Assembly: GCA_963719225.1 (NCBI GenBank)
Contig: CAVRAY010000001.1
Span: 1,440,001 to 1,504,000, forward strand
From: Thermoanaerobaculia bacterium
Lineage (GTDB): Bacteria; Acidobacteriota; Thermoanaerobaculia; UBA5066
Length of the DNA stretch: 64,000 nucleotides
Direction: 5' to 3'
The notes under the pieces are model-generated. The model ran no database searches and had not been told where the DNA came from. It saw only the letters and a list, made by a program, of their open reading frames with translations. Positions 53,280 to 63,755 of the stretch are shown here, piece after piece (within the stretch, counting starts at the first letter, position 1; each line of letters starts with the position of its first letter). The position numbers were made by a program, and so were the translations under genes.

Positions 53280-54558
53280 ATGAGAATGGTTCGCATCGCG
53301 GTTCCTTTCCTGCTGCTCGCCTCCCTTCGCGCGGCCGGCCAGGGCCAGGAGACTCCCTGCGCCGTCATGAAGACCGAGACGCGCCGCCGAACGAGGAAAG
53401 CCTCCGGAAGGAGTACGAGGACAAGAAGAAGTGGTACCCGGACACGCCTTTCGAGGAACTGCGCCAGCGGCTCGCGAGCGTCGTTCTGGAAGCGAATCGG
53501 GAGAAGCGCGAAGCCGAGTTCGCCCGGTCGCTGAGGGACCGGTTTCCCGTCACGATGGGGAAGGACCCGAATAAGGTCGATTTGCCGCCGGATGCCGTTC
53601 TCGCGACCGTCGGGGATCGGAGGATCACGAGAGCCTCGGCGAAAACCCGCCTCGACGCGGCGGCGTTCAACGCGAGAGACAGGGTTCACTGGGCGGAAAG
53701 GGACGCTCTCGAGAAGTTCGTAACCGACCAGCTCGTCAAGGCCGAGGCGGAAAAGCGCGGCGTCACGGTGGAGGCGCTGCGCAAGGCAGAGATCGTCGAC
53801 CGGATCGTGAAGCCGACGGACGAGGAGATCGCGCAGGAATGGGAGAGGTCCGGCGAAAAGGCCAAGGGAGGCCTCGAAGGCGCTCGTTCGAGGATCTCCG
53901 AGTTCCTGCGGATGCAGCGTAAAGATGCCCTCGAAGAGGAGCTCGACAAGAAGCTTCGGGCGGGCCGCGCCATCAAGGTCGACCTTCCCGGGCCCGTGCC
54001 CCCCGCCGTGGAAATCGACCTGGCCGGCGCCGCGTCGCGGGGGCCGGCGGACGCTCCGGTCACGGTCGTCGAGTTCGCGGACTTCCAGTGCCCTCATTGC
54101 GGGAAGATGTGACCGTCGTCGAGGACGCGCTCAAGCCCTATGGCACCCGCGTGCGCCACGCATTCCTGAACTTTCCGCTGCCGTTCCACGAGTTCGCGCT
54201 CGAGGCGGCGATGGCAGGCCGTGCCGCTCAGCGTCAGGGACGTTTCTTCGAGCTCGCGAGTCTTCTGTTCGCGAACCAGAAGGCGCTTTCCCGTCCGGAC
54301 CTCGTCCGGTGGGCCTCGAAGGCAGGCCTCGACGTCGGTCGCTTCTCGCGTGACCTCGAGGCAGGCACGGGCGCCGTCGACGTCCTCCTGGAAAGAAGGG
54401 AGGGGCAGCGAATCGGTGTGCAGGGGACCCCGATGCTCTTCGTGAACGGAGTCTTCGCGGGATGGGAGGTCCATGACGTGGCCGGCATTCGCGCCGTCGT
54501 GGACACGGCTCTCGCGAGGCGGGGCGTGGCACCCCCGGCGAAGGCCGCGGTCCGATAG
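53280..54558 (+). CDS. DsbA/thioredoxin-domain exported protein (frameshifted)
   Basis: Signal peptide; GPADAPVTVVEFADFQCPHC then NFPLPFH, GVQGTP in the next frame. Confidence 0.8.
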
Positions 54559-54607
54559 GGTTCCGCGCACCCGGCGTGCGCGAGCGGAACCCTGCTAGGA
54601 TCTCCGC

Positions 54608-54865
54608 ATGGCCGTCGACAAGGAGCTCCTCGACATCCTCGCGTGTCCCGCCTGCGACACGCGCCCCCCGGTGACTCTGTGCCTCCTGAAGGCCGACGTG
54701 GCGAAAAACGTCGTGGAAAAATACCGTGAGAGCCTGAAGGACGAAGAGCCCGTCGTGACCGAGGGGCTCTCGTGCGCAGCCTGCGGACGCGTCTATCCGA
54801 TCGTCTCCGACATCCCCGTGATGCTCGTCGAGGAGGCCCTTCCGGCCGACGCCCGGATGGCCTGA
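54608..54865 (+). CDS. Trm112 family protein
   Basis: LLDILACPAC...C..C..VYPI...IPVML. Confidence 0.88.
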   Translation: MAVDKELLDILACPACDTRPPVTLCLLKADVAKNVVEKYRESLKDEEPVVTEGLSCAACGRVYPIVSDIPVMLVEEALPADARMA

Positions 54866-54929
54866 TTCGTTCCTGAGGCTCTTTCCCGAACCGATCGCAC
54901 GCCGAAGCGGATGGGAACGCGCGGCGTTC

Positions 54930-56084
54930 GTGTTCTTCCTGCTGGCCGTCGGGAGCGTCCCGGGAATCGGCGTCGCGAACGTCTGCCTCGCGCTGACCCT
55001 CGCCTGCACGATCGCGTGGCGCCTGTCGGCACGAATGCGCGGCGAGGATTTTCTCGGCCCGTTCCGCCGCACGACGCCGCTTCATGCACCCATCGGGGCG
55101 TTCGTTCTTCTCTCGGTCCTGTCCTGCCTGTTCTCGACCCTTTCCTCGCGCTCGATCATCCAGGTGAAAGGCTTCGGCACGTTCCTCCTGGTCGTCTTCA
55201 CGGCCGCTCTTCTCGACGACGAGGCGGACGTGAAGCTCGTCGTGGACGCCTGGCGGATCACCGCCCTGTACCTCGTCCTGCGCGGGCTCGTGGAGTGGAT
55301 CTCGGGCTCGCCGAGCCTCGACTTCCGGATCGCCGGGGGATTGTCGGTCTACATGACGTACGCCGGCCTGCTCCTCGTCTTCGTGACGCTCCTCGGAGCG
55401 CGCGGAATATCCGGGGGTTCTGCCGCGGCGCGATGGGCGGATGTCGGAATCGCGCTCGCCGGAGTCCTCGCGGTCGCCCTCACGCTCACTCGCGGCGCGT
55501 ACGTAGGCCTCGCGGTCGGCCTTCTCGCGGTGCTCCTGACGGCACGTCCGCGGTTCGCCTTCGCGGTCCCCTTCATCGTGGCCCTTTTCTTCGTCCTCAT
55601 GCCGCTCGCCGTGCGCGACCGTCTCGCGTCCGTCACGAATCCGAAGGACGTCACGATGAACGACCGCATCGCGATGTGGAAGGCTGGAGGTTCCATGATC
55701 GCCGAGCGGCCTCTTTTCGGAGTGGGGCCCGCCCGCGTGAAGGCGCTCTATCCCTCTTATCGCGTCCCCGGGTGGGTCGAGGCGCGTCCGGGGCATCTCC
55801 ATAACAACGTCGTCATGATCGCCGCCGAGACCGGGATTCCCTCCGCCGTCGCGTACCTCGCGTTCGTCGGGGCGTTCTTCCTCGGCTCGGTTCGGATCGT
55901 GCGCCGCACTTCCCGCGGCGACCCGGCGCGCGGGATCGCGCTCGGCGCCATCGGCGCGATGGCGGCTCTTTTTGCGGCGGGGATGTTCGAGTACAACTTC
56001 GGAGACGTCGAGGTCCTCATGGCGACTCTGGTCGTCGCGACGCTGCCGTTCGTCGTGGGCCGCGGGATCCGGCCCGCCGTCTAG
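54930..56084 (+). CDS. O-antigen ligase family membrane protein
   Basis: Multi-TM; TLTRGA, RIAMW, RPLFGVG, HLHN; true start probably slightly upstream. Confidence 0.85.
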   Translation: MFFLLAVGSVPGIGVANVCLALTLACTIAWRLSARMRGEDFLGPFRRTTPLHAPIGAFVLLSVLSCLFSTLSSRSIIQVKGFGTFLLVVFTAALLDDEADVKLVVDAWRITALYLVLRGLVEWISGSPSLDFRIAGGLSVYMTYAGLLLVFVTLLGARGISGGSAAARWADVGIALAGVLAVALTLTRGAYVGLAVGLLAVLLTARPRFAFAVPFIVALFFVLMPLAVRDRLASVTNPKDVTMNDRIAMWKAGGSMIAERPLFGVGPARVKALYPSYRVPGWVEARPGHLHNNVVMIAAETGIPSAVAYLAFVGAFFLGSVRIVRRTSRGDPARGIALGAIGAMAALFAAGMFEYNFGDVEVLMATLVVATLPFVVGRGIRPAV

Positions 56085-56093
56085 AATCGGGAA

Positions 56094-57527
56094 ATGTCGA
56101 GTCGCCCCCCCGGCCGTGGGTTCGTCGTTCGCCGCGTGACCATGCGCCGCGTCGCCGAGACGCAGATGTCCTTCGGAGACACGGGCCCGGACGCGACGGC
56201 GATGACCGTGTCGGAACTCGTGCGGCGAATGAACGGGATTCTCAAAGGGGGGATTCCGGACGTTTGGGTGAAGGGTGAGATCGCCAACTTGCAGCGCCCG
56301 GGCTCGGGCCACCTCTATTTTTCTTTGAAGGATGAGCGGGCGGCGATGCCGTGTCTGATGTGGCGGAGCACCGTCGTCCGTCTTCCCTTCGAAGCAGAAG
56401 AAGGACTTCTCGTCCTGGCGCGAGGCTACCCGGACGTGTACGCATCGTCCGGGAAGCTCTCTCTCGTCGTTTCCGAGCTGCAGCCCTCGGGCATCGGCGC
56501 GCTCCAGCTCGCCTACGAGCAGCTGAAAGCTCGCCTTGCCGCGGAGGGGCTCTTCCAGGCCGCCCGGAAGCGGCCGCTGCCGCTCCTGCCGCGGCGCATC
56601 GGCATCGTGACGTCGCGTCACGCGGCCGCTCTGCGCGACATCCTCAAGGTCCTGGGGGCGCGCTTTCCGAACGCGCACGTGACGATCTACCCGGCCTCGG
56701 TCCAGGGTCCGACGGCGGCATGGGAAATCGTGCGCGCGCTCAACGCCTTCACCCGAGTTCCTGGATCCGCGGACGTCCTCATCGTCGCGCGCGGCGGAGG
56801 CTCGAAGGAGGACCTCGCGGCGTTCAACGACGAGGCGGTCGTCCGCGCCGTCGCGGCCTCGCGCGTGCCCGTGATCTCCGCCGTCGGCCACGAAGTCGAC
56901 GTGACGCTCACCGATCTCGCGGCGGACCTCCGCGCGGCGACGCCCTCCCAGGCGGCGGAGCTCGTCGTGGAGCGTCTCGACCGCTTCGAGGAGCGCCTCG
57001 AGCGCGGGGAGAGGGATTTGAGGATTTCCTTGAAGGGGAAAATGGACAGGGCCGCGCACCGCGTCGCCGGGCTCGCATCGGCGCCTGCCCTGACGCAGTT
57101 TCGAGCGACCGTTCGCCAGGCCGGGGTCGATTCGCGCGCCACGGCGCGCGCTCTTTTCTCTTCCTTTCAGAGAATCCCCTCTTCTCTTCTCTTACGTGTC
57201 TCGCGCTACGAAGAGAGCGTGCGGGGCTGGGTCGACCGCGCGGCACTCCCGTTCCTCCTCGACCGGGTCGCGTCCGAGAGACGCGCCGCCGCCGACCGCA
57301 TCGCCGCGCGCATCGCGGCCGCGAACGAGAAGCTGAGCGTTGCGGTCGGGCGCCTCGAGGCATTGAGCCCGCTGCGGGTTCTCGCGCGCGGGTATGCGAT
57401 CGTGACGAAGGAAGGCCAGACGGTTCCCGTGACCGACGCCGGGAGCCTTGCGGCCGGCGATTCCGTGCAGGTGCGACTCGCCCGCGGGCGCGCCTCCGCC
57501 CGCGTCCTTTCTACGGAGACCACATGA
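56094..57527 (+). CDS. xseA: Exodeoxyribonuclease VII large subunit
   Basis: WVKGEI, SGHLYFSLKD, ARGGGS.EDL, SAVGHE, RAATPS, SPLRVLARGY. Confidence 0.95.
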   Translation: MSSRPPGRGFVVRRVTMRRVAETQMSFGDTGPDATAMTVSELVRRMNGILKGGIPDVWVKGEIANLQRPGSGHLYFSLKDERAAMPCLMWRSTVVRLPFEAEEGLLVLARGYPDVYASSGKLSLVVSELQPSGIGALQLAYEQLKARLAAEGLFQAARKRPLPLLPRRIGIVTSRHAAALRDILKVLGARFPNAHVTIYPASVQGPTAAWEIVRALNAFTRVPGSADVLIVARGGGSKEDLAAFNDEAVVRAVAASRVPVISAVGHEVDVTLTDLAADLRAATPSQAAELVVERLDRFEERLERGERDLRISLKGKMDRAAHRVAGLASAPALTQFRATVRQAGVDSRATARALFSSFQRIPSSLLLRVSRYEESVRGWVDRAALPFLLDRVASERRAAADRIAARIAAANEKLSVAVGRLEALSPLRVLARGYAIVTKEGQTVPVTDAGSLAAGDSVQVRLARGRASARVLSTETT

Positions 57528-57808
57528 GCAAGATCAAGGCCCCGCCGAAGAACCTCTCGTTCGAGAAGGCGCTCGAACGCCTCCAGGAGATCGTCGCCGA
57601 GCTCGAAGACCCCGACAAGGGCCTCGAGGAGAGCCTCGAGCTGTTCGAAGAGGGCGTGGGGCTCTCGCGCTTCTGCCGGGGCCGCATCGACGAGATCGAA
57701 AAGCGGGTCGAGGTCGTCCTGAGGGAGACGCCGGACGCGCTCGTGACGGAACCTCTCGACGACGAGCTCGACGAGGACGCGCTCGACGGGGAAGAGCCGG
57801 AGCGATGA
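57524..57808 (+). CDS. xseB: Exodeoxyribonuclease VII small subunit
   Basis: FEKALERLQEIV..LE..LEESLELFEEG. Confidence 0.92.
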   Translation: MSKIKAPPKNLSFEKALERLQEIVAELEDPDKGLEESLELFEEGVGLSRFCRGRIDEIEKRVEVVLRETPDALVTEPLDDELDEDALDGEEPER

Positions 57809-58731
57809 CGGGAGGAAAGGCCGGCACGACCCTGCCGGCGGCCCTCGAGAATCGACGCCAAGACGTCGAGGAGGCGCTTGTCGCCATCCTTCCCCCGGAG
57901 GGAGCCGAGCCGGCCTCCCTCGTGGCCGCGATGCGCTACAGCGTCCTCGCGGGCGGCAAGCGGCTTCGGCCGCTCCTGTTTCTCGCGGGAGCCGAAGCCT
58001 GCGGCAAGGAGCTCCGCGCGAACGATGCCCTTCCGGCCGCGGCGGCGCTGGAGCTTCTCCACACGTACTCGCTCATCCACGACGACCTCCCGTGCATGGA
58101 CGACGATGCGCTCCGGCGGGGAAGGCCGACGTGCCACGTCGTGTTCGGCGAGGCGACGGCGCTCCTCGCGGGCGACGCGCTCCAGACTCTCGGCTTCGAG
58201 GTCCTCGCAACGCGGCCCTCCGGCGACGCCTACGCGGCTCGGCGCGCGCGCGCCGTCGCCTGGACGGCGGCGGCGATCGGAGTCGCGGGGATGGCCGGCG
58301 GCCAGGCTCTCGATCTCGAGGCCGCGGGGAAGGTGCTTCCCGAACCCGAGCGCGCCGACCTCCTTCGCCGCATTCATACCCTGAAGACGGGGCGCCTCAT
58401 CCGTCTCTCGCTCGAGCTTGGAGCGCTCCACGCCGGGGCGGACGAAGGCCAGCTTCAGCACATCTCGCGCTACGGCGACGCCCTGGGCCTCCTGTTTCAG
58501 ATCGCCGACGATCTCCTGGACGTCACGCAGACGTCGGCGACGCTCGGAAAGACCGCCGGAAAGGACCTCGCCCAGGACAAGCTCACGTATCCGGCCGTCT
58601 TCGGTCTCGAGGGAGCGTTCCGCGAGCGCGATCTCGCGCTCGCGGCGGCACGCGACGCCGCCCGGGGTCTCGAAGGCGAAACGGGTCCGCTCGCCGGTCT
58701 GGCGGCGTTCGCGGCGGGACGCGACCGGTGA
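57805..58731 (+). CDS. ispA: Farnesyl diphosphate synthase
   Basis: GGKRLRP, SLIHDDLPCMD..LRRG, FQIADDLLD, LGKTAGKD. Confidence 0.93.
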   Translation: MTGGKAGTTLPAALENRRQDVEEALVAILPPEGAEPASLVAAMRYSVLAGGKRLRPLLFLAGAEACGKELRANDALPAAAALELLHTYSLIHDDLPCMDDDALRRGRPTCHVVFGEATALLAGDALQTLGFEVLATRPSGDAYAARRARAVAWTAAAIGVAGMAGGQALDLEAAGKVLPEPERADLLRRIHTLKTGRLIRLSLELGALHAGADEGQLQHISRYGDALGLLFQIADDLLDVTQTSATLGKTAGKDLAQDKLTYPAVFGLEGAFRERDLALAAARDAARGLEGETGPLAGLAAFAAGRDR

Positions 58732-58753
58732 TGAGGAACACGGAGGGCGTACA

Positions 58754-61225
58754 GTGATCGACATGCCTCTCGTGCGCCGCATCTCGCTCTCCTTCGCGCT
58801 CCTGTGTCTCGTGACGGCTGCGATCCTCGTGGTCCGCCTCGCGGGCTCGGAAGCGCGCGCACTGGAGGCCGCCACGAGGGAGGCGGATGCGGTCGCCGGC
58901 CGGGCGGCGGCCGCGATCGGCTCGCTCCTCGTCTTTCAGGACGCCGACGGAGCCCTCGAGACGGTCAAGGACATGGTTCCCGGCCGGCGCCTCGTCTCGG
59001 TCGTCGTTCTGAACAGGGCCGGCCTCTCCGCAGCGGCCTGGCAGGCTCCGACGACGGGAGAGGCATGCGTCGCGCGCGCCGCGGTGATTTATGAGGGAAA
59101 ACGCGTCGGCACACTCGTCCTTGGTCTCTCGCTCGCTCCCGCTCGCGAGGCGGCGGGCCGGGAAAGCCGCGGTCTGCTCGCGGCAGCTCTCGCCCTCGCC
59201 GCACTGGGGGCCGGAGCGGGGACCTTGTCGTTGCTCTTTCCCCTGAAGAAGCGGATGAAGCAGGTGTCCCTGGAGCGCGAGCGCCTCACGGTCGAACGTG
59301 ACGCGCTCGCCGAGTCCGCCGCCCAAACGGACGTCCTTCTTCAGCGCGAGCGGAAGGACCGGCGCTTCGTGGAAAACACGCTGTCGGGGCGAGACCTCCT
59401 CGATCGCGATCGGCGGCTGATCCTGGAGAAGATCGCGCGCGGCGAACCGCTGCGCGTCGTCCTCCCGGAGATCGCGTCGCTCGTCGAGCACCAGCGCCCT
59501 CGCACGATCTGCGCGATCTCGCCGCTTCGACAGGGTGTTCGCGCCTTGGGCTCCGCCGGCCCGGTCGGACCTTTCGGCACGGCGCAGGAAGACATCCCGC
59601 TCGGGTCCACGACACCGCCTCTCGCGCGGGCGGTCGAAGAGCATCGCCTCGTCGTCACGCGCGACGTCCCCGGAGACTCACTTTGGGCCGAGTGCCGCGA
59701 GACCTTCGCGCCGCACGGGATCGTCGCCTGCTGGACGATTCCCATCGAGACCGGAAACGGAGTCGTCCTCGGCACCCTGAGTGTTCTTCTTCACGAGACG
59801 CGGCGGCCGGAACGGGCCGATGCGGCCCTTCTCTCGAATGCGGCGTCTCTGGCGGCGATCGCGATCGAGCAGCGCCAGCTCGCCGAGCAGCTCGCATTCC
59901 AGGCGCGCTTCGATTCGCTCACGAGCCTGCCGAACCGGTTTTCGTTCGAGGAGAGCCTGCAAAAGGCGGTTTCACGATCCGCGGGAAGCGGGGAACGCGT
60001 GATCCTCGCCTACGTCGATCTCGACCGTTTCAAGCAGGTCAACGATACGTTCGGGCATGCGGGCGGCGACGTGCTCCTGCGCGAGGTCGCGTTCCGGCTC
60101 TCGGGCGCGCTCGCCAACGGAGACGTTCTCGCACGCATGGGTGGCGACGAGTTCTGCGTGATCCGTTTCGAGGCATCCGCCGACCCGCTCGCCGTGCGTT
60201 CCCTTCCGGAGCAGGTTCTCGAGACGCTCAAGGCCCCGTTCGACCTGAGGGGCGAGGAGGTCTTCGTCGGGGCGAGCGTCGGCGTGAGCGTGTTCCCGGA
60301 CGACGCGCGCGACGTCGTGGCTCTCCAGAGGCACGCGGACGCCGCGATGTACGCGGCGAAGGGTTTCGCCGGGAACGGCTACCGGGTGTTCGGACCCGAC
60401 GTGACTCTCGGCGGAGGCGAACGCCTTCGGCTCGAGAACGACCTGCGCAGGGCTCTCGTGCGGGGAGAGCTCGAAATCGCCTACCAGCCGCAGGTGGATC
60501 GCAACGGCGAGGTCATGGGCGCCGAGGCTCTCCTGAGGTGGAACCATCCGGAGCTCGGCCTCGTGAAGCCGAATCGCTTCATCCCCATCGCCGAGGAGAG
60601 CGGCCTCATTCTCTCCATCGGGCTGTGGGTCTTCGAGGAGGTCTGCAACCGGCTCGCGGCCTGGCGGCGCGACGGGATCGCGAGCGTTCCGGTCTCCGTC
60701 AACCTGTCGCCGGTCCAGTTTTCACAAGCGGACCTCTCGGAGACCCTCGAACGCATTCTCGCGACACACGCGGTGCCTGCATCCCTCCTGCGCCTCGAGG
60801 TCACGGAGAGTCTTCTCGTGAAGGACGTCGCGGCGACGATGGCGCTCCTCGGCCGGCTGAAGACCCTCGGGCTCGGCCTCGCCGTGGACGACTTCGGGAC
60901 CGGTTATTCGTCGCTGTCGTATCTCCAGCTTCTGCCGATCGACGAGCTGAAGATCGACCAGGCATTTCTTCGCGAGCTCTCCACCCCGGTCGACCCCGAC
61001 AGCCGGAACGCGAAGCTCGTCCAGACGATGGTGACGCTCGGTCACGACCTCGGCCTCGTGGTGGTGGCGGAGGGTGTCGAGACGGCGGGCCAGATCGAGT
61101 TCATGCAGCGTGCCGGCTGCGATCGCCTGCAGGGCTTCGGCGTGAGCCCCCCGCTCTCCGCGTCCGCCTTCTCGGAGCTGCTCGGCTCCATGCCCGTGCC
61201 CGGCCGCTTGCACCGGGCGAGCTAA
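58754..61225 (+). CDS. Membrane-anchored GAF-GGDEF-EAL c-di-GMP enzyme
   Basis: Two TM segments, GAF, DLDRFK..ND..GH, GGDEF, EALLRW, DDFGTGYSS. Confidence 0.92.
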   Translation: MIDMPLVRRISLSFALLCLVTAAILVVRLAGSEARALEAATREADAVAGRAAAAIGSLLVFQDADGALETVKDMVPGRRLVSVVVLNRAGLSAAAWQAPTTGEACVARAAVIYEGKRVGTLVLGLSLAPAREAAGRESRGLLAAALALAALGAGAGTLSLLFPLKKRMKQVSLERERLTVERDALAESAAQTDVLLQRERKDRRFVENTLSGRDLLDRDRRLILEKIARGEPLRVVLPEIASLVEHQRPRTICAISPLRQGVRALGSAGPVGPFGTAQEDIPLGSTTPPLARAVEEHRLVVTRDVPGDSLWAECRETFAPHGIVACWTIPIETGNGVVLGTLSVLLHETRRPERADAALLSNAASLAAIAIEQRQLAEQLAFQARFDSLTSLPNRFSFEESLQKAVSRSAGSGERVILAYVDLDRFKQVNDTFGHAGGDVLLREVAFRLSGALANGDVLARMGGDEFCVIRFEASADPLAVRSLPEQVLETLKAPFDLRGEEVFVGASVGVSVFPDDARDVVALQRHADAAMYAAKGFAGNGYRVFGPDVTLGGGERLRLENDLRRALVRGELEIAYQPQVDRNGEVMGAEALLRWNHPELGLVKPNRFIPIAEESGLILSIGLWVFEEVCNRLAAWRRDGIASVPVSVNLSPVQFSQADLSETLERILATHAVPASLLRLEVTESLLVKDVAATMALLGRLKTLGLGLAVDDFGTGYSSLSYLQLLPIDELKIDQAFLRELSTPVDPDSRNAKLVQTMVTLGHDLGLVVVAEGVETAGQIEFMQRAGCDRLQGFGVSPPLSASAFSELLGSMPVPGRLHRAS

Positions 61226-61234
61226 TATCCAAAG

Positions 61235-61624
61235 GTGGCAACGAGCTCCGAGAACCGCCGCTTCGGATGGACTGTGGGAGGCGTCTTCGCCGTCCTGGGC
61301 GGCCTCCTTCTGTGGCGTCATCGGAACGCCGCGGCCGTCGTCGCTTTCGCGATCGGCGGGCCCCTCCTCCTTCTGGCCGCGATCTTCCCGGCGGGCCTCG
61401 CCCGGCCCCATCGCGCATGGCTCGCGTTCGCGCGCGTTCTCGCCCGCGTCAACTCCACGATCTTCCTGTTCCTCACGTTCTTTCTGATCCTCACGCCGCT
61501 CGGGTTCGTCCTGCGCCTTTTCGGGCGGGACGAGCTGAAGCGCCGCGCACCCGCGCCCGCCTCGATGTGGTCGCCTTATCCGGAGAGGAACGGCGACCCC
61601 AGCCATTACGAGACGATCTGGTGA
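61235..61624 (+). CDS. SxtJ family membrane protein
   Basis: RRFG..., W......LARVNS..., LTPLG, RDEL. Confidence 0.8.
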   Translation: MATSSENRRFGWTVGGVFAVLGGLLLWRHRNAAAVVAFAIGGPLLLLAAIFPAGLARPHRAWLAFARVLARVNSTIFLFLTFFLILTPLGFVLRLFGRDELKRRAPAPASMWSPYPERNGDPSHYETIW

Positions 61625-61782
61625 TGAGCAAGAGCGAGGTCCTTTCGCAGCTGTGGCAATTCCTCAAGTACCGCAAGAAGTACTGGCTCATGCCCATCGT
61701 GTTCCTCCTCGTCCTCGTCGGCCTTCTCCTCGTCCTCGCCGAGAAGAGCGTCATCGCTCCCTTCATCTACACGCTGTTCTAG
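61624..61782 (+). CDS. DUF5989 (SxtK-like) small membrane protein
   Basis: LWQFLKYRKKYWLMP...APFIYTLF. Confidence 0.85.
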   Translation: MSKSEVLSQLWQFLKYRKKYWLMPIVFLLVLVGLLLVLAEKSVIAPFIYTLF

Positions 61783-61786
61783 AGCC

Positions 61787-63751
61787 GTGACGGCGATCCT
61801 CGGCCTCTCGGCCTACTACCACGACGCGGCGGCGTGTCTTCTCGTCGACGGGACGATCGTCGCCGCGGCCCAGGAAGAGCGCTTCACGCGCAAGAAGCAC
61901 GACGCGGAATTTCCCGCTCACGCGGCGCGCTATTGCCTCGAGGCGGGCGGGCTCACCGCCGACCGCCTCGACCACGTCACGTTCTACGACAAGCCGCTCG
62001 TGAAATTCGAGCGCCTCTTCGAGACGTATCTCGACTACGCGCCGCGCGGATTCGCGTCCTTCCGCAAGGCGATGCCTCTCTGGATCACCGACAGGCTCTG
62101 GATGTCCGAGCGCATCGGGAAGGAGCTGGGCTTTTCGGGCCGGATCCTCTTCTCCGATCATCACGAGTCGCACGCGGCGTCGGCCTTCTACCCGTCGCCG
62201 TACGAGGAGGCCGCCGTGCTCACGATGGACGGCGTCGGGGAATGGGCGACGTCCTCCCTCGGAGTCGGGAGCGGCAACCGGCTCGATATGCAGTCGGAGC
62301 TCAAGTTTCCCCATTCCATCGGCCTTCTCTATTCCGCGTTCACGTACTTCTGCGGTTTCAAGGTGAACAGCGGCGAGTACAAGCTCATGGGCCTCGCGCC
62401 CTACGGCGAGCCGAAGTACACCGGGGTGATCCGCGAGAAGCTCGTCCATGTCTGCGAGGACGGCTCGATCCGCCTCGACATGGATTACTTCGATTTTGCC
62501 GACCGCCTGACGATGACGGGCAGAGGATTCGAGAGGCTCTTCGGCGGCCCGGCGCGCGCGCCCGAGTCGAAGCTCACGCAGCGCGAGATGGACCTGGCAC
62601 GCTCGATCCAGGACGTCACGGAGGAGATCGTCCTGAAGATGGCCCGGCACGCGAAAAAGACGACGGGCGCACGGTATCTCTGCATGGCGGGCGGCGTCGC
62701 TCTGAATTGCGTGGCGAACGGCAAGCTCCTCGAGGCGGGGATCTTCGACGACATCTGGATCCAGCCCGCCGCGGGCGATGCGGGCGGGGCCGTGGGCGCG
62801 GCGCTCTCGATCTGGCACCGCCACCTCGGCAAGTCGCGTGAGAGCGCGGAGACGCGGGGGACATGGAGGCTGGGAAATGAGAAAGAGAAGAAAAGAGAAG
62901 ATTCTTTGAATGAGAATGCAGCAGGTGCGGACGGCGGCGCGCCGCGGGCGACCGATGCGCCCGCCTCAGCGGCGTCCGTTGCCGATCTGCCGCCGTACGA
63001 AGACGGCATGTCGGGCGCGTTCCTCGGCCCCTCTTACCCTTCCAAGCAAATACAGACCTGGCTCGAGTCGAAACATTACCCGTACCGAACTGTTGATCCC
63101 GCCGCGCTCCCAGGCGAAGTTGCCGACCTCCTCGCTTCCGGCAAGATCGTGGGCCTCCTCCAGGGACGCATGGAGTTCGGGCCGCGGGCGCTCGGCGGGC
63201 GCAGCATCCTCGGCGACCCGCGTTCGCCGGCGATGCAGTCGGTCATGAACCTCAAGATCAAGTTCCGCGAGTCGTTCCGGCCGTTCGCGCCGTCCGTCCT
63301 CCGCGAGGACGTGTCGCGCTGGTTCGCGTTTTCGGGAGACTCGCCTTACATGCTCCTCTGCGCCGACGTCGTGGCGGAGAAGCGCCGCGCGATGACCGCC
63401 GAGGAGAACGCGCTCTGGGGAATCGAGAAGCTCAACGTGCCGCGCTCGTCGATCCCCGCGGTCACGCACGTGGATTATTCCGCGCGCCTTCAGACCGTCC
63501 GCCGGGAGACGAACCCCGTCTATCACGCGATCCTTTCCGCATTCCAGGAGCGCACGGGCTGTCCCGTCGTCGTGAACACGTCGTTCAACGTGCGCGGCGA
63601 GCCGATCGTCTGCACACCCGAGGACGCGTACCGCTGCTTCATGCGGACGGCGATGGACGTCCTCGTCCTCGAGAACCACGTCCTCCTGCGCGACGATCAG
63701 CCGCCCGCCGCCGACGGAGAGGACTGGAAGAAGACGTTCACGCTCGACTGA
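61787..63751 (+). CDS. NodU/CmcH family O-carbamoyltransferase
   Basis: YHDAAA, QEERFTRKKH, HHESH, GEYKLMGLAPYG, GGVALNC, EFGPRALG, NTSFN. Confidence 0.93.
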   Translation: MTAILGLSAYYHDAAACLLVDGTIVAAAQEERFTRKKHDAEFPAHAARYCLEAGGLTADRLDHVTFYDKPLVKFERLFETYLDYAPRGFASFRKAMPLWITDRLWMSERIGKELGFSGRILFSDHHESHAASAFYPSPYEEAAVLTMDGVGEWATSSLGVGSGNRLDMQSELKFPHSIGLLYSAFTYFCGFKVNSGEYKLMGLAPYGEPKYTGVIREKLVHVCEDGSIRLDMDYFDFADRLTMTGRGFERLFGGPARAPESKLTQREMDLARSIQDVTEEIVLKMARHAKKTTGARYLCMAGGVALNCVANGKLLEAGIFDDIWIQPAAGDAGGAVGAALSIWHRHLGKSRESAETRGTWRLGNEKEKKREDSLNENAAGADGGAPRATDAPASAASVADLPPYEDGMSGAFLGPSYPSKQIQTWLESKHYPYRTVDPAALPGEVADLLASGKIVGLLQGRMEFGPRALGGRSILGDPRSPAMQSVMNLKIKFRESFRPFAPSVLREDVSRWFAFSGDSPYMLLCADVVAEKRRAMTAEENALWGIEKLNVPRSSIPAVTHVDYSARLQTVRRETNPVYHAILSAFQERTGCPVVVNTSFNVRGEPIVCTPEDAYRCFMRTAMDVLVLENHVLLRDDQPPAADGEDWKKTFTLD

Positions 63752-63755
63752 GCGG

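Noticed and set aside
61235-63751. Saxitoxin biosynthesis
   Set aside because: sxtI/J/K homologs are widespread; no sxtA, sxtG or other core genes are present.
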